Shown: piece by piece, positions 24,576-37,417 of the stretch
How the letters are laid out: each line of letters begins with the position of its first letter
How positions within the stretch are numbered: position 1 is the stretch's first letter
Source of the DNA: Chlorokybus atmophyticus
Taxonomy: Eukaryota; Plantae; Mesostigma and Chlorokybus algae
Assembly (NCBI GenBank): GCA_009103225.1
Contig: RHPI01000638.1
Location: forward strand, 434,001-498,000
Direction of reading: 5' to 3'
Length of the DNA stretch: 64,000 bases
The notes under the pieces: model-generated
Databases searched by the model: none
What the model was told of the DNA's origin: nothing
Seen by the model: only the letters and a program-made list of their open reading frames with translations
Translations under genes and position numbers: made by a program

Positions 24576-27114
24576 GAACTCTGCGCATTCACAAGGGGGT
24601 CAACATAGGTACGTGCGTGCTCAAGTCAGATGGCTGCATGGGAAACGAAGTTCGACTGACTAACAGCACTTATCAAATGCGTTGACAATGAATGGCAAGA
24701 CCGTAGGTTGCACATCGTCGGCGCAGGCATGCCAAAGCGCTGCACGACATTACTGTCATGCAAACACTTGGTAAATCGTATGAACTTCACATGCAATTGC
24801 ACGGTCACAGCTGTGTCAAACGCGCCCTCGGCGCAGCCTGCTGGAGGTTGAGCATCAACCAGTAAAGATGACACATGAAAGGCTGACGCCTGACTGCTTG
24901 CACTACGAACTACCCAGCATGTAAGCCTCGTACAAAGCTGGCCCTCACTTGATTGACTCCCTTAGCTTGATTGTGACAAACCTGCCGACCAACACCATGG
25001 ATCAAACCGCTCACCTCCTCGCGGGCGCCTATACCAGACGAGCGTGGTCAACCTCTTCCCGACGAGCCCCCGAAGCGCCCAGCCGGCCACACGAATTTGC
25101 ACCGCCGTGGAGAGCAGGAGTAAGGGCGCCAAAGCAGGTGAGATATGAACGACGAGGAGGAGCAGGTCAGCGGCGGCGACAACGCCAACAGCCACACCCA
25201 CGCCCACAGCCGCGCCTACCGCCACACGAGCTAGCAGACACGGCAACACTGTTTTGCCACTCCGCCGCCACCACACAGCTGGCACGTGGTTACACTAACC
25301 AGAGCGGCGCTCACTACACTGACTAACACTGGTCACCACAGCCTTGTGTGAACTAAATTCTCGACGGCGGTCTCAAGCTAGGAAGAGGCGAACACAGGTT
25401 AAACATGCCCGGGCCGTTAACGACGACCTGAGCCAATGCGCGAGAGCGCGGGAGATCGACCCTTGTGTCCGCGAGATCGGTGGATCCGATGGCGGCGGTG
25501 TGCCGAGCCCATCCCGCGCCGTTTCGTTGACTGAAGTGGCAAGTGACTTGCCGCAAGTCGGTTAAACGCGCGGCTGACCGCACAGTAGATAGCTTACCGT
25601 AGACTGCATTCCATGTGTCGCATAAAGTGCCCGTGGCGGTAGTACTGTGGCGCGAGCTGTGACTCGCGCGGACGCGCGGTGCTCAATAGGCGGCGACGCG
25701 CGCGGGCGGGCAGCGGGCAACCGAGCAAAAGCGCAAGCCGCGGCATTTGTCCGGCAATCATCATGCGATGGGTCTTATCCAAAACTTCAATCAGGATACA
25801 TTGCCACTAGATTCCAACAGATCAAGACGAGAACATGAATCCATCTACGCCCTGCCACATTCATCTAAAATCCTCGATGCACCTGGAACTTACGGCAGGT
25901 CCGCTAATTAGTTCTGCGTAACTGTTTGGGACCTGCTCCATGCTGGGGGTTGTCATTTGCTGGCAAGGGACACCAATCGGATATGCAAGGGTAAGAGAGA
26001 GGGTAAAAGAGAGGGTCCCCCAGTAACTCACACAAGCACGTTACATGTGCAGGTATGCGTGCGTGTACGCATTCCCTCTTGCATCTTTTGTACATTGTTA
26101 AAATCTTTGTCGTCGCACTCCCTCCCTGCGCCTACAAGTAGACTTGGGAGCTTTCCCAGCCAGCACCAACCCCGTACACCTTGCACAGCATGTAACCCAG
26201 CCCCTTAGCCCAAGTTCGTAGCTAGTTGTGCTATGACTTGAGCCTTGGCTACTGCTCTATGGCTTTACTGCTTGGTTGACTTACAGGTTATAACGTGCTG
26301 TGTTGGTTCCAGTTGTATACCGTACATCATAGCATCACGCGCAATGCGCGGTTTATAATACAAACCCTAGCGCTTTGGTGGCTAGCTAAGTGTATGCCAA
26401 CAAGTTGGGAGAGGTCCTGACAGCATACGCAATAGCTGTACCTGCGGAGTATGGCGTAAACACAGAGGGAGAGGGAGAGGGAGAGGTCGGGCCCTAACTC
26501 GAACTGGCTATAACTACAACACAACCAGTCCCTCGCTGGCATGGCGTTGCATGCGAAACTTGAACACCTTGCTCAAATCAGTGGACAATGCAACTTATCA
26601 ATGCTTTTACTTGTTGTGATGAAGCACGTGCACCTGCTGCTGGACATTCAAACATTTTGTGTATCATTTATTAGGACCTCACCCGGACTCCAAATATCTC
26701 ACCTAGCAGTATGTCATCATGAACGAAGTCAAAGGTTTATATATAGTATAGATAGTCATTAAGTTATGACTATGCTACATTATGCGAACAATATAGAATG
26801 CCACATTACTTTTGGTTGGATAGCTTGAAATCAGCCAGCCTCTTACGCCTTTGCATTTGCTCTCTTAACTTGCTGCACTACTGGCAACTATGCAAGAGTG
26901 TGCGCATGCTCGTTTACATGCACAAATACAAGATATGCACGTTGTAGTGTACAAAAGATGGAGTGCTGATAAGACCGTGTGTATCCTTGATGGGTGCCAT
27001 GCATGGAGAGCATAGTGCAACCTTGTGTACTGATTGGCCGCAGAGTGCGACACCCTGACAACCCTATACATGGAAGTCATGCCAAATGCAACTGGCGTAC
27101 GCCAGTGGAAGTCC

Positions 27115-28680
27115 TTAGCCCTTGTCTGTCTGCTTCTTCTTCAGCACTATTTGTATGACGTCCTCGTCCTCCAGTTCATGCGCAAACCCGCACCGCTGCG
27201 GCTGGTGCTTTGCTGACGAACCCCACACCAAAGCATACTTGAAGTTCTTCATGATGTCCCTATGAATCTGCACGTGCACATTGACCAATCAGTCAAAATC
27301 AACAGCAACAACTGCCGCAGCTTGCGCAGTGTTTTTGTGAATTTGTGATCATGACACACACCTGCTCACAAGCGCTCTCAACGGTGGTACCATTGCGCTC
27401 CCTGCTGAGCACAAGAGGGTCGCTGAAGTCGGGAGGGCTGCCGGGCTTCTTGGTGTAGACGCGTACCAGCGCCATCTCCCTCCATATAGCAGCAAGCAGG
27501 TTGTCAACGTTGAGGCCCATGCTGCCTGAGACGACAACCGTGTGCGGCCGGCGTGCCAACGCATCCACCTCCTCAATGGTCACAGTGTCAATCTTGTTGT
27601 ACACGTACAGGCAATGGATGTACTTCCTGTTGTCCTCAATGACATCAATAAAATCGTCTGCAACAGCAATCACACAATCAGATTACGATGTGCGGCAGGC
27701 CTGAGACGAACTCAATAATGTAGGACTTCAACAGATCCAAGATTGCAACACAGTGTTTCTTACCAACAGTTGCGTCTTCACGAAAAAGCACTTCAGCGTT
27801 GTGAATCTTGTACGTATGGAGGACCTGATAGGCCAGCTTCTCATTGACGTTGGTGAGCGGGACCGTGCTGTTGAAGGAGATGCCGCCAGCCTTCTTGCGC
27901 TTGAGGTAGATCTGCGGCCGGGCACTGTTGAGCCTCAATCCAACGGCCTCAAGCTCCTTCTCCAGCACGCGGCGGCCCTGATCACCCTTGCCGGCATCCA
28001 GCACCATCAGCACCAGATCAGAGGACTTGGCAACAGCAATGACCTGCCGGCCTCGGCCTTTGCCCTGGGATGCTCCTTCAATAATCCCTGGCAAGTCCAG
28101 CAACTGGATCTTTGCGTCGTTGTAGTGGACCACGCCCGGGATGCACGTGAGCGTGGTGAACTCGTATGCAGCGGCCTCTGAATGCGTCCCCGTCAGCGTG
28201 GTGAGCAGCGTGGACTTGCCGACTGATGGAAACCCAATCAATGCCACCCGAGCGTGACCATACCGTACAACCTAAGTGAAAAGCAAAGTCACCACCAGCA
28301 CCAGACGATCGTTTTCACGTGCATGCATGCTTACACAGAGCTGATCAAACAATCTGCCCAGTTTACTGCAAACGAGACAAAGTGGTGTGCAAACATACAT
28401 ACTGTGACCAACACTGCTTAGCCACCAATGGGGTGTTAATATGCAGCTGCGTGCTGTATTGATGGTTGGTGACTGGTCTCAAGCTTTCTATGAATGCACC
28501 CCTCTTTCTCACCTCAAAGCCGTCTCCTTCGCCTTTACCCCCCTTGGCAGGTTCAAGGAGCTGCGTGCGATACTTGGCGAGCTTGGCTTTGAGCTGCCCG
28601 AGATGGTACTCGGTGGCCTTGTTTTTCTGCGTGCGGGCCATTTCCTCCTCAATCTCGCGGATCTTCTCCGTGATCCCCAT
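27115..28680 (-). CDS. DRG2: Developmentally regulated GTP-binding protein, DRG2 subgroup
   Basis: [33 protein letters not shown]; GFPSVGKST (G1); DLPGIIEGA (G3); NKID (G4); TGS domain ending [13 protein letters not shown]...[12 protein letters not shown]. Confidence 0.95.
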
Positions 28681-29170
28681 CTTGGCTGCTACTGCTAGTG
28701 CTAACGCCGACGACGGCTTCTGTTTACCCTAAGCTTCCTGTCGCCCAACACAATGACTGCTGCTTGCTTTGTCTATCAGGGGCCGTAATAGTTGAAAAGC
28801 AGCTCAACAATCAGTTGTCTCAACCTAATACTGCTTGTGACTAACCCCAACCTCAGCTGCCTGCAGCAACCAGCATCAAACATCAAACATGGGCACAATC
28901 AGTGAAGCGGTTGTAGGTAGAGCATAGGCAAGATGGCTGCAAATTGTGTGCCTGAGTAAAATTGCGAACTACGCTTGACAGCACACCTTGATGGCAATCA
29001 GCATGAGGAAGTTCTGGCAAATCCAACGTGTTTCAACATAACGCACTCACCACTGCGCATGAAGCCGCTGGCCACTGGTTTGCAAACCTCCTGGAGGCAG
29101 TGGACCAAGACGCAGGCAAGGCGGAGAAGGAGAAGAGGAAGAAGATATGCACACTAGCATACGCTACCTT

Positions 29171-29171
<1 letters not shown>

Positions 29172-29209
<38 letters not shown>
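29172..29209. repeat. (GCC)n tract immediately before the DExH1 ATG
   Basis: Read directly from the sequence. Confidence 0.9.
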
Positions 29210-29210
<1 letters not shown>

Positions 29211-32200
29211 TGCCCAGCTACCTGCTTAGGGTTGGGCTGAGCGACATGCGGGCTATCGCTTGCAAGGCGGCGGCGGCGGCAGCAGCGACGAGGGAGCGCG
29301 CGGTGGTGGCCGGCACCATGCGCCGGGGAGGAGGCGGGCCCAACCGCGGAGGTGGCCGAGGACGAGGCGGAGGACGGGGCGGAGGCCGAGGGGGAGGAGG
29401 CGGAGGCGGAGGCGGAGAACAGCGATGGTATGGTGCTTGCTGTTACTTGCTTACAATCGTGTGTCTCGTTGCAACAACCTGGTTGCTCAGTTCCCTTGAA
29501 TTGCCTTCGTTTCTGCTGTAAGCTAGGTGCCAGCGTAATCATCAGCGCAATCAGAATGAATGCTGTTCTGCTTGCAGGTTGTTGATGTTGTAGAGATAGA
29601 TATGTATAGTTTCATTTGCAACTCTATGCATGCGACTGCACAATTGGTACTCTCCAGTCACATGGCGCAACCAGCGACGCTTCGTCTTGACAGCTGCAGC
29701 TATCACGCCGCATGCAGTGCTATACTGCATGTGGCTGTACTGCAGCTAGCGGAATATGCGCACACCTTCGTGTATGCACATGCCTACAGTTATGCCTGTG
29801 TGCGTACGGGTTGTACGGTATCACAATAAATTACAGTGGCAAAACATGTACTTGTGGCTTGCGCCNNNNNNNNNNNNNNNNNNNNNNNNNNNNNNNNNNN
29901 NNNNNNNNNNNNNNNNNNNNNNNNNNNNNNNNNNNNNNNNNNNNNNNNNNNNNNNNNNNNNNNNNNNNNNNNNNNNNNNNNNNNNNNNNNNNNNNNNNNN
30001 GCAGCAGGCGTCCATGGCCAGCAGCAGCAGCGGCAGTGGTGCCGCCCCTGCCTCCGCCTCCGCGTCCGCTTCCTCCTCCGCCTCCGCCTCCGCCTCCGCC
30101 TCCGCAGCGGTCTTGGCGGGCGGTGCGGCCCGCTCCCATTCCTGAGTAGTAACACACAACCCTTGTTAGTTGGTGGGATTGTTGTATGGGCATTGTATTC
30201 TATTGTTCTCAGAAGAGCTGTATACTCCGCGCATGTGCACTTACGTGTTGCGATTGAAGACAGTTGCAATGAACTGTACCACATTACCGGATGAGTATAC
30301 TTCAAGAAGTTGCTGATATACACAATATACACAACCGGCTCACTTCAGGTGGGACCCACAATGGCGGCAAGCTCGACTGGCGCAGATGGCTGCCGAGAGA
30401 GGCCCAAGCCTGGAGTTTGATGCAAACGCCTTTGCTGGGAAAGTGCGCTCGCTGCAGGCTGACCCGTCGAGGCACGAGATTGTTGTTCGTGAGAACTATG
30501 GCCGGGAAGGAACAGAACAGATCGAAGACATCGCTGCCAACATGGGCCTCCACAGGTATGTGTATTTTGTTTCCGCCATATATTTGGGTTGTGTTGAGGT
30601 TAACCTTGGGTTTCTTGTTACTCAGCAAGCAGTATGGCAAGGGCACACGAACAGTGGTTGTGGTTAGCAAGGTGGCGCTGCCCAACTACAGGCCTGACCT
30701 GGATGACCGAAGCACGCAGCAGACTCAAGTGTCAATGGCACCGGCGCTGAGATCAGACATTGAGACATCACTCTCGCGCCTCCAACAACAGCAGCAAACA
30801 CAACCACAACAGTTACAGCCACAACAGCCATCACAGGCATCAATGGCATTATCACAGCAGCCAGCCAGTGACAGCTGGGAGGACGGTGATTGGGAGGTCA
30901 GGGACGGCGCAGATAACAACATCACGGAGAGCGCGGGCCCGCCGTGCAATACCGAAGAAAGTGAGCGGCTTAAACGGAGACAAGCCTCGCAGCAGGCTGG
31001 CCGCGCTTATCAAAACATGCTTGCGTTCAGAAAGAAGCTGCCCGGTTACCAGATGAGGGAGGAGTTGCTCAAAGCTGTCAACAGCGCACAGGCAAGCGCA
31101 TGCATGCTTGCATCTTTGACAGAGGTTGTAGAAAACTGACTTTGTTCGGATGGCAGGTCTGTGTTGTGTCTGGTGAGACGGGCTGTGGCAAAACAACACA
31201 GCTGCCGCATTTGGTGCTGGAAGAGGAGATTGCGGCGGGGCGGGGCGCGCAGAGCTCGATCATTGTCACTCAACCCCGCAGAATATCCGCAGTGTCTGTT
31301 GCGCAACGTGTGGCTGTGGAGCGTGGCGAAGAGCTTGGCGAAACAGTGAGCCTGCAACTTTGAGAGTATTGCCAGGCATTGTTTGCACTATGCTGATTGC
31401 ATTGTTGCGTGGCTGCAGGTTGGGTATCAGATTCGTATGGAGTCGCGGAAAAGCCCGGACACACGACTGTTGTTTTGCACAACGGGAGTGCTTCTCAGGC
31501 GCTTGGTGAGTTGGCTTGTGCCTTATTAAACTTATTGGTATGAAGTATATGTTTGTCTGCATAGTTCTATCTAAGTTGGTATCAAGTTCATGTGCGTGTG
31601 CTGATGGAGCTCCTGCAGGTTGCAGATCCCCTCCTGCGTGGCATTTCGCACGTAATGGTCGATGAGATCCACGAGCGTGGCATGAACGAAGGTCTAGATT
31701 TGTTTCACAGCTGCCATGCTGCTGTGAGTTTGCTTTATGTGTTCTTTGACTCTGTTGCACTCATGCATGCATGCCTGATTGCCATCCTTGCTGCCCTGTG
31801 CAGATTTCCTGCTGATCATCCTCCGAGACCTACTCCCAAGACGGCCTGATCTCAAAATTGTCCTCATGAGCGCCACAATCAATGCTGCGCAGTTTGCAGA
31901 GTACTTCGGTGGTTGTCCCACAGCGCACATACCAGTATGAGTGCTGTTCCAAGCTTACGTGCTTGCGTTAGTGGTTGCTGATCAGGGATGAAACATTCTA
32001 AATGTATTGGCAGGGTTTTACACACCCTGTCAAGGAGATCTATCTAGAAGACATCCTGGAAAGGATACAATATCAAATGCCTCCTCCCGATCGCAGCAGC
32101 CGCACTGGTGACAGACAAAACCAGGTGCCACCTGGTGAAGGCACACCTTTCGCAGGTAAGCCCCTTGGTATACTCATCAGGAAGGCTGGTTCTGAGGTTA

Positions 32201-34651
32201 TAGAGCCGCTGGTGATTGACCATTACCATCTGTTGACAGGCCTCATGTTGCCACCACACTTTGATGCGTATCGGGAGTACTCACAGTTCAGCCCTGTCAC
32301 TCGGCGTTCATTGGCCAACTGGACAGGGGAGCAGATTGACTTGGGCTTGGTGGAGGCCCTGCTGGAGGAGCTCGTGCGCAATGGCGAGGAGGTATGCGTG
32401 GACATGAAACAGCTGATGCATGACTTACGCAACTGATGTCTCCGTGTGTGCTGTGGTGATGCTAGGGTGCCGTGCTCGTCTTTCAGACGGGATGGGATGA
32501 GATCTCAAAGGTGTATGATGCTTGTCAATCAAACAGATTGATTGGTGACAGGTCACGCTGTAAGGTCTGTAACAACCAATCTCAGTCAGCATCACACGAG
32601 CATGTCCAGACTTGCATAACCACTGCTCAAAATCTGATGCCTGTGGGTCTGTCTCACAGGTGCTGGCAGTGCATGGGTCCATGCCAACAGCAACCCAGCG
32701 TGAGATTTTCGAACGGCCTCCCCCAGGTGTCCGGAAAATTGTCTTGGCTACCAACATCGCGGAAACAAGCATCACCATTGATGATGTCGTTCATGTCATT
32801 GATGGCGGCAAGGCCAAGGAGACCTCCTACGATGCTATCAACAAGCTCGCTTGCCTCCTTCCCTCATGGATCTCACAGGTGAGAGTTTAACTCGTTCATG
32901 ACGTCCCTCATGTTCCCAGGAATGTGAGGTCATAAACAGACAGCATGTCATCGTGTAGGCCTCAGCAAGGCAACGCAAGGGTAGGGCGGGCCGCGTGCAG
33001 CCAGGCTTGTGCTATCATCTCTTCACAAAAGCCGTTGCGGAAGCTCTCCCAGCCTATCAAGTACCTGAGCTTCTCCGCACACCGCTGGAAGAGCTGTCTT
33101 TGCAAATTAAGAGCCTCAAACTTGGCGCCATTGCTCAGGTACATCGTCATGTGGTGTTGCAGATAGGAGATGTGACTTAAGTCAGTGCCATTTATTGTGT
33201 GCAGTTTTTGAGCAAAGCAATGCAGCCGCCGGACCCGTTAGCCGTGCAGAATGCGGTGCAGCTGCTGCACACAATCGGGGCATTGGACCCAGAGGAGAAC
33301 CTCACGCCGCTCGGGTCCCACCTCGCGGCGCTGCCAGTGCGCCCCGCCATCGGCAAGATGCTGCTCATGGGCGCGGTGTTCCAGTGTCTCGCGCCCGTGC
33401 TCACCATCGCCGCCGGCCTCGCCCACAGAGACCCCTTCATGCTACCTCTTGAGAAGAAACAGGAGGCCGACGAGTGCAAGCGCCGGCTTGCGGGCGGGTC
33501 CCAATCCGACCACTTTGCTCTGCTCCACGCCTTCAATGGCTGGATGGTAAGCACAGCCTTTGAAAACCAATTGATGTTGGCTTGCATTGGGATGAAGTTG
33601 CCGTGCGTGCGTTTGTACGAATGAGTGCCTGACAATGTGTGGTGTTCAGGCAGCGAAGCAGTCCCGCAATGAAAGGGACTACTGCTGGGAGAACTTCTTG
33701 TCGCCTCAGGCGTTGCGGGTGATGGACGACATACGGCGGCAGTTCTACGATCTGCTCTGCGACGCAGGTTTCGCTGACCGGGACTCGCACCCGGACAACC
33801 CGCGTGCGTCGCATAACCGCTACGCCCACGACCTCGACCTGGTCCGGGCCGTCCTGGTGGCGGGGCTCTTCCCTCAGGTGGCCACGGTGAGAAGACAGGG
33901 CAAGCGGGCTGGCTTCCGCACGCTGGAGGACGGGAAGGTGGACATCCACCCCGCATCGGTCAATGCGCGGGAGAGCCAATTTGCATACCCGTGGCTCGTG
34001 TACGGTTCGAAGGTGCGCACGGCGGCCATCTATGTGCGGGACTCCACATCTGTCTCGGACTATGCACTCCTTTTGTTTGGTGGGGAGCTCGCGGCTACCG
34101 GCCCCTCCTCTTTCTCCATGTGCAACGGCTACTTCACCTTCCATGCGCACCCTGACACCGCAACTGTCGTCCAGGAGCTCCGCGCCCAACTCCACCAACT
34201 TTTACAAATGAAGGTGGGTATTGTGGATGTGTGTACCTGGTGATAATTGAAATGGACTTGGTTACCATCTCATGTGTACACTTCAGTTGCTTGTGTGTTG
34301 TGAGGTTGGTCACCATTCCAGTTCGCATGCATTTCTTGATGCATCTGTACTGCATTAGTATAATGTACTAACTCTATGGAGTCATGAGTGTCTTATGAAG
34401 TTTTCTCTGTTCAGATTGAGGATCCCAGGTTGGATCTAAGGGCCAAAGGCGCTGGTTTGGTGGACGCTGCCATAAAGCTTCTTCACAGCTCGGCGCACAT
34501 GAGCGGCGTCACGCCTCGCCCGGTCGACGACAACCGCTTGGACGGCATGCGTAGCTTCAGGTCGGATGATGGGGGCGGGATGGGGCGCGAGGAGCCGCAG
34601 AGGCCGAGTTACTCTGGGTGGCGGGGGCGAGGGGGTGGGAGGGGAAGATAG
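29210..34651 (+). CDS. DEAH-box RNA helicase, plant DExH1 / DHX36-like
   Basis: RGG-rich N-terminus ...GGEQRW|WDPQWR as in plant DExH1. Motifs [55 protein letters not shown], plus HA2 and OB-fold regions ([16 protein letters not shown]). Alternative start at 29318. Confidence 0.92.
30001..30129 (+). repeat. 129-bp exact copy of 37120-37248 in DExH1 intron 1, abutting an N gap
   Basis: Base-by-base identity with part of the small ORF. Confidence 0.85.
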
Positions 34652-34997
34652 CAGAGTTCAAGCGCGCTGGTTAATTGACTTTGGTGTCGTTGGGCTCAAT
34701 GTTTGACCTGGTCAAGTGAGAGTTGCCTTGTTGTATGTAGTGCCGTAGTGCGCTTATGTGAGGCAACAGTTGGTGGTGCATTGCATCAATTATCCTGCTT
34801 AGCGCTTTGTGAGTGGTTTCACCGCCTACAGCAGACCCATGCGTACAACACATGGCTGCGCCCGACACATTGGGGCTGTTCTTGAGCACTGTCCTGGCAC
34901 AAAGTCTTCTGTATCATGCACACCAGTGTTGGACTGAATCTGCCCTCAGTATGAAAGCATGCTGTGCTCGCTGTGAACAACAATGCCTGCAGTCATT

Positions 34998-35744
34998 CTA
35001 CTTGACCTGCTTGACCAGCCACTCCATACCCTCCTGCAACCCTTCACCCGATTTGGCTGCCATGCATAAAACACAGGTGAGTAAAAGAGGCCAAAGCTAG
35101 GTGCATGTTGCTCTCATATGTGTGCATAACCGAATCATGTTGTCCCCACTGACCTGAGCATGGCTGTATTTGCCACTTGCGGTCGCGCAGCGTGTGTAGG
35201 TTGAGGCTCTCCGCGATATCCGTATGTTTTGCCGCTTGCAGTAAATCCTGCTTGTTGGCAAACACGAGTAGCGGTACGGCAGCTAGCTTCTCCTCTTCCA
35301 GAAGAGCAGCAAGCTCGAACCCCGTCTCCTCCATGCGTCGACGGTCCGACGAGTCCACCACGTACACCAACGCATCCGTCGCCTCGAAGTAATTGCGCCA
35401 ATACGGCCTTATCGCCTTCTGGCCGCCAATGTCCCACACGTTGAGTTTAAAACCGTCGTGGAGGAGGGACTTGATGTTGAAGCCCTGAGTGGGGGTGACG
35501 GTGGTGATACTTGAGGAGGTGGTTGTGTTGTCTTTGGACTCGGTTTCGGACTCGGACAAGCGCTTGAGGATGGTGGTCTTGCCGGCGTTGTCGAGGCCCA
35601 ACACGAGGATGCGAGCCTCGCCTTCGCGCTTCTTCAGACGACGCAGAAGAGACAGCAGACCCTGTGTTTGTTACAATCATGATGAGCATGAGTTGAGAAA
35701 CAAGAAAAGCAGTTCGGCAAGTGCAGGCGGACCGTATATTTCAC

Positions 35745-35800
<56 letters not shown>

Positions 35801-35822
35801 NNNNNNNNNNNNNNNNNNNNNN

Positions 35823-35872
<50 letters not shown>

Positions 35873-36395
35873 GCACAGTACACTGTCTGACCAGAAAATG
35901 AACAAACTCGTGTCCGTGTAGCTGTTGTGCGTATATCGACTTTGCGAAAGATTTTGCACTCTGCCTTACACAGGGCACTGTATGTACGTATTTGCTACAA
36001 GTGCTTTGATGTGTTGGATTCCCAACGACAAAAGTATGTGTGGTTCTGTTGCATCCATAGTCTGCCACAAATACCAGCCCATCTGGCCATGTGTATGGAT
36101 CAGAGAGTGCATCATTACTCACCCTAGAGCAATGCTACGGTTCAACAAATGTTTAAATGTTTAAAACCCTTGCTGTGTGATCAATCACTGTCGCAAATGC
36201 GCTGCACTGGATCATTAGAATTCTTCGAAGTGTGGTTGGGAATGGCCGCAAACTGGTAATCACACCATACACCAGCAATTTCTTGGTAGAGTTCTGACGT
36301 ATCTTCTTGTTTGCGACACACGATGCATGCAACCACCGTCGAACAGTCCTCGTAAACTGTGGCCAACAGCAAGAGACAGAGACTGCACGCACCAT
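34998..36395 (-). CDS. ARL3: ARF-like GTPase ARL3 (ciliary lipidated-cargo release)
   Basis: ATG-only first coding exon (ATG|gtgcgt, 36395-36393), then [11 protein letters not shown]...[45 protein letters not shown] and last exon [19 protein letters not shown]. Confidence 0.92.
35748..35870. repeat. (AG)n microsatellite with an assembly gap, in ARL3 intron 1
   Basis: Read directly from the sequence. Confidence 0.95.
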
Positions 36396-36613
36396 GATGA
36401 GAGTGAGCGATTGCCAGGGTCAGATGGGGCTTCTTATCACAGGTAGGTTGGATGGATCGCCCTGGCGTGTAGAGAGTGTCTCTAGCCAGGGGCGGGGGAG
36501 GGTTCTCCTCCTCCTAACCGTGTGTGCCCCACCGCCGCCGCGCTGAGCACTGCACTACCCGCCGCCCTGGTCTCCTAGAGTGTCTCGCTTCAACGACAAC
36601 CAGACTAGGTGAT

Positions 36614-36670
36614 ACCAGGCTGGGCCCGACCAGGCTGGGTGGCCGGCCCAGGCCAGACCAGCCTGGCTGG
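36614..36670. repeat. CCAGG/CCTGG-rich inverted-repeat cluster
   Basis: ccaggctgg...ccaggctgg...ccaggccagaccagcctggctgg, between ARL3 and the small ORF. Confidence 0.7.
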
Positions 36671-37093
36671 TTGTTGAATCCAAGTCACGTGACAAAAGAG
36701 AGTAGTAGTTGCACACAACGGCAAACGGCGAACGGTGGCGTCGCAGTTGGTCGTCCTACTGGGGGGGTTTGACCAGCAGCCATCAGATATTCCCCTCCGG
36801 TTCATGACCGCGCACGTTTTCGCAACGACGCGTCTCTCTCTCTCGCTCGTCTCGTCTCGTCTCGTCAATGACGCCAGTCGTCTTGTCAGCGGTAGGGCAC
36901 ACCTATAGACCAAGCGACTGACCGCGGGGCGGCGGCGGCGTCAGCGGCATTGCCATTGCCCGTGTGTCAGGGTCGCCCTGCAGCGTCACTGCCCCTGGCT
37001 GTTGCGTTGAGCTACGGTAGCAGGGTGGAGCGGCAGGACAGAGGTGGCCTGGTCGCGGCGACAGCGTCCCCGTGGTTGTCACTCGTCGTCGGC

Positions 37094-37417
37094 ATGGAGG
37101 TGGTCCACCAGCAGCAGCAGCAGCAGGCGTCCATGGCCAGCAGCAGCAGCGGCAGTGGTGCCGCCCCTGCCTCCGCCTCCGCGTCCGCTTCCTCCTCCGC
37201 CTCCGCCTCCGCCTCCGCCTCCGCAGCGGTCTTGGCGGGCGGTGCGGCGGGCGGCCTGAGGGGCATCAGCCCCGAGAAGCTGGAGCGCATGAGGCGGATG
37301 TGGCAGAAGGTGCGCCCGGCCGCCATCCTCATGGCAGCGGGGGCGGAGGGAGCAACAAGACGCAGCAATGTCGACGTGGCGGTACCGGCAGCAGCAGTCG
37401 CCGCCGCCCAGCAATGA
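37094..37417 (+). CDS. Small single-exon ORF (107 aa), Q/A/S-rich with a basic amphipathic core
   Basis: ATG in a good context, GC-rich codons, divergent from ARL3. Core sequence is GISPEKLERMRRMWQKVRPAAILM. No recognised family. Confidence 0.4.
   Translation: MEVVHQQQQQQASMASSSSGSGAAPASASASASSSASASASASAAVLAGGAAGGLRGISPEKLERMRRMWQKVRPAAILMAAGAEGATRRSNVDVAVPAAAVAAAQQ

Noticed and set aside
24962-25285. Hydrophobic N-terminal extension of GGACT (in frame after splicing)
   Set aside because: No ATG before the upstream in-frame stop; more likely a 5'-UTR exon.
14072-26369. Telomerase RNA template candidates at TAGGGTTT (14072) and AAACCCTA (26362)
   Set aside because: Only single 8-mers, with no USE/TATA Pol III promoter or template-length repeat.
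25768-26497. Possible small plus-strand gene (MGLIQNFNQD... / AYAIAVPAEYGVNTEGEGEGEVGP*)
   Set aside because: Exon-like pieces exist but no consistent phase-compatible model or homology.
29028-29160. HWFANLLEAVDQDAGKAE peptide resembling golgin N-termini
   Set aside because: No ATG in frame, and it lies in the DRG2/DExH1 promoter-leader; the resemblance is too short.
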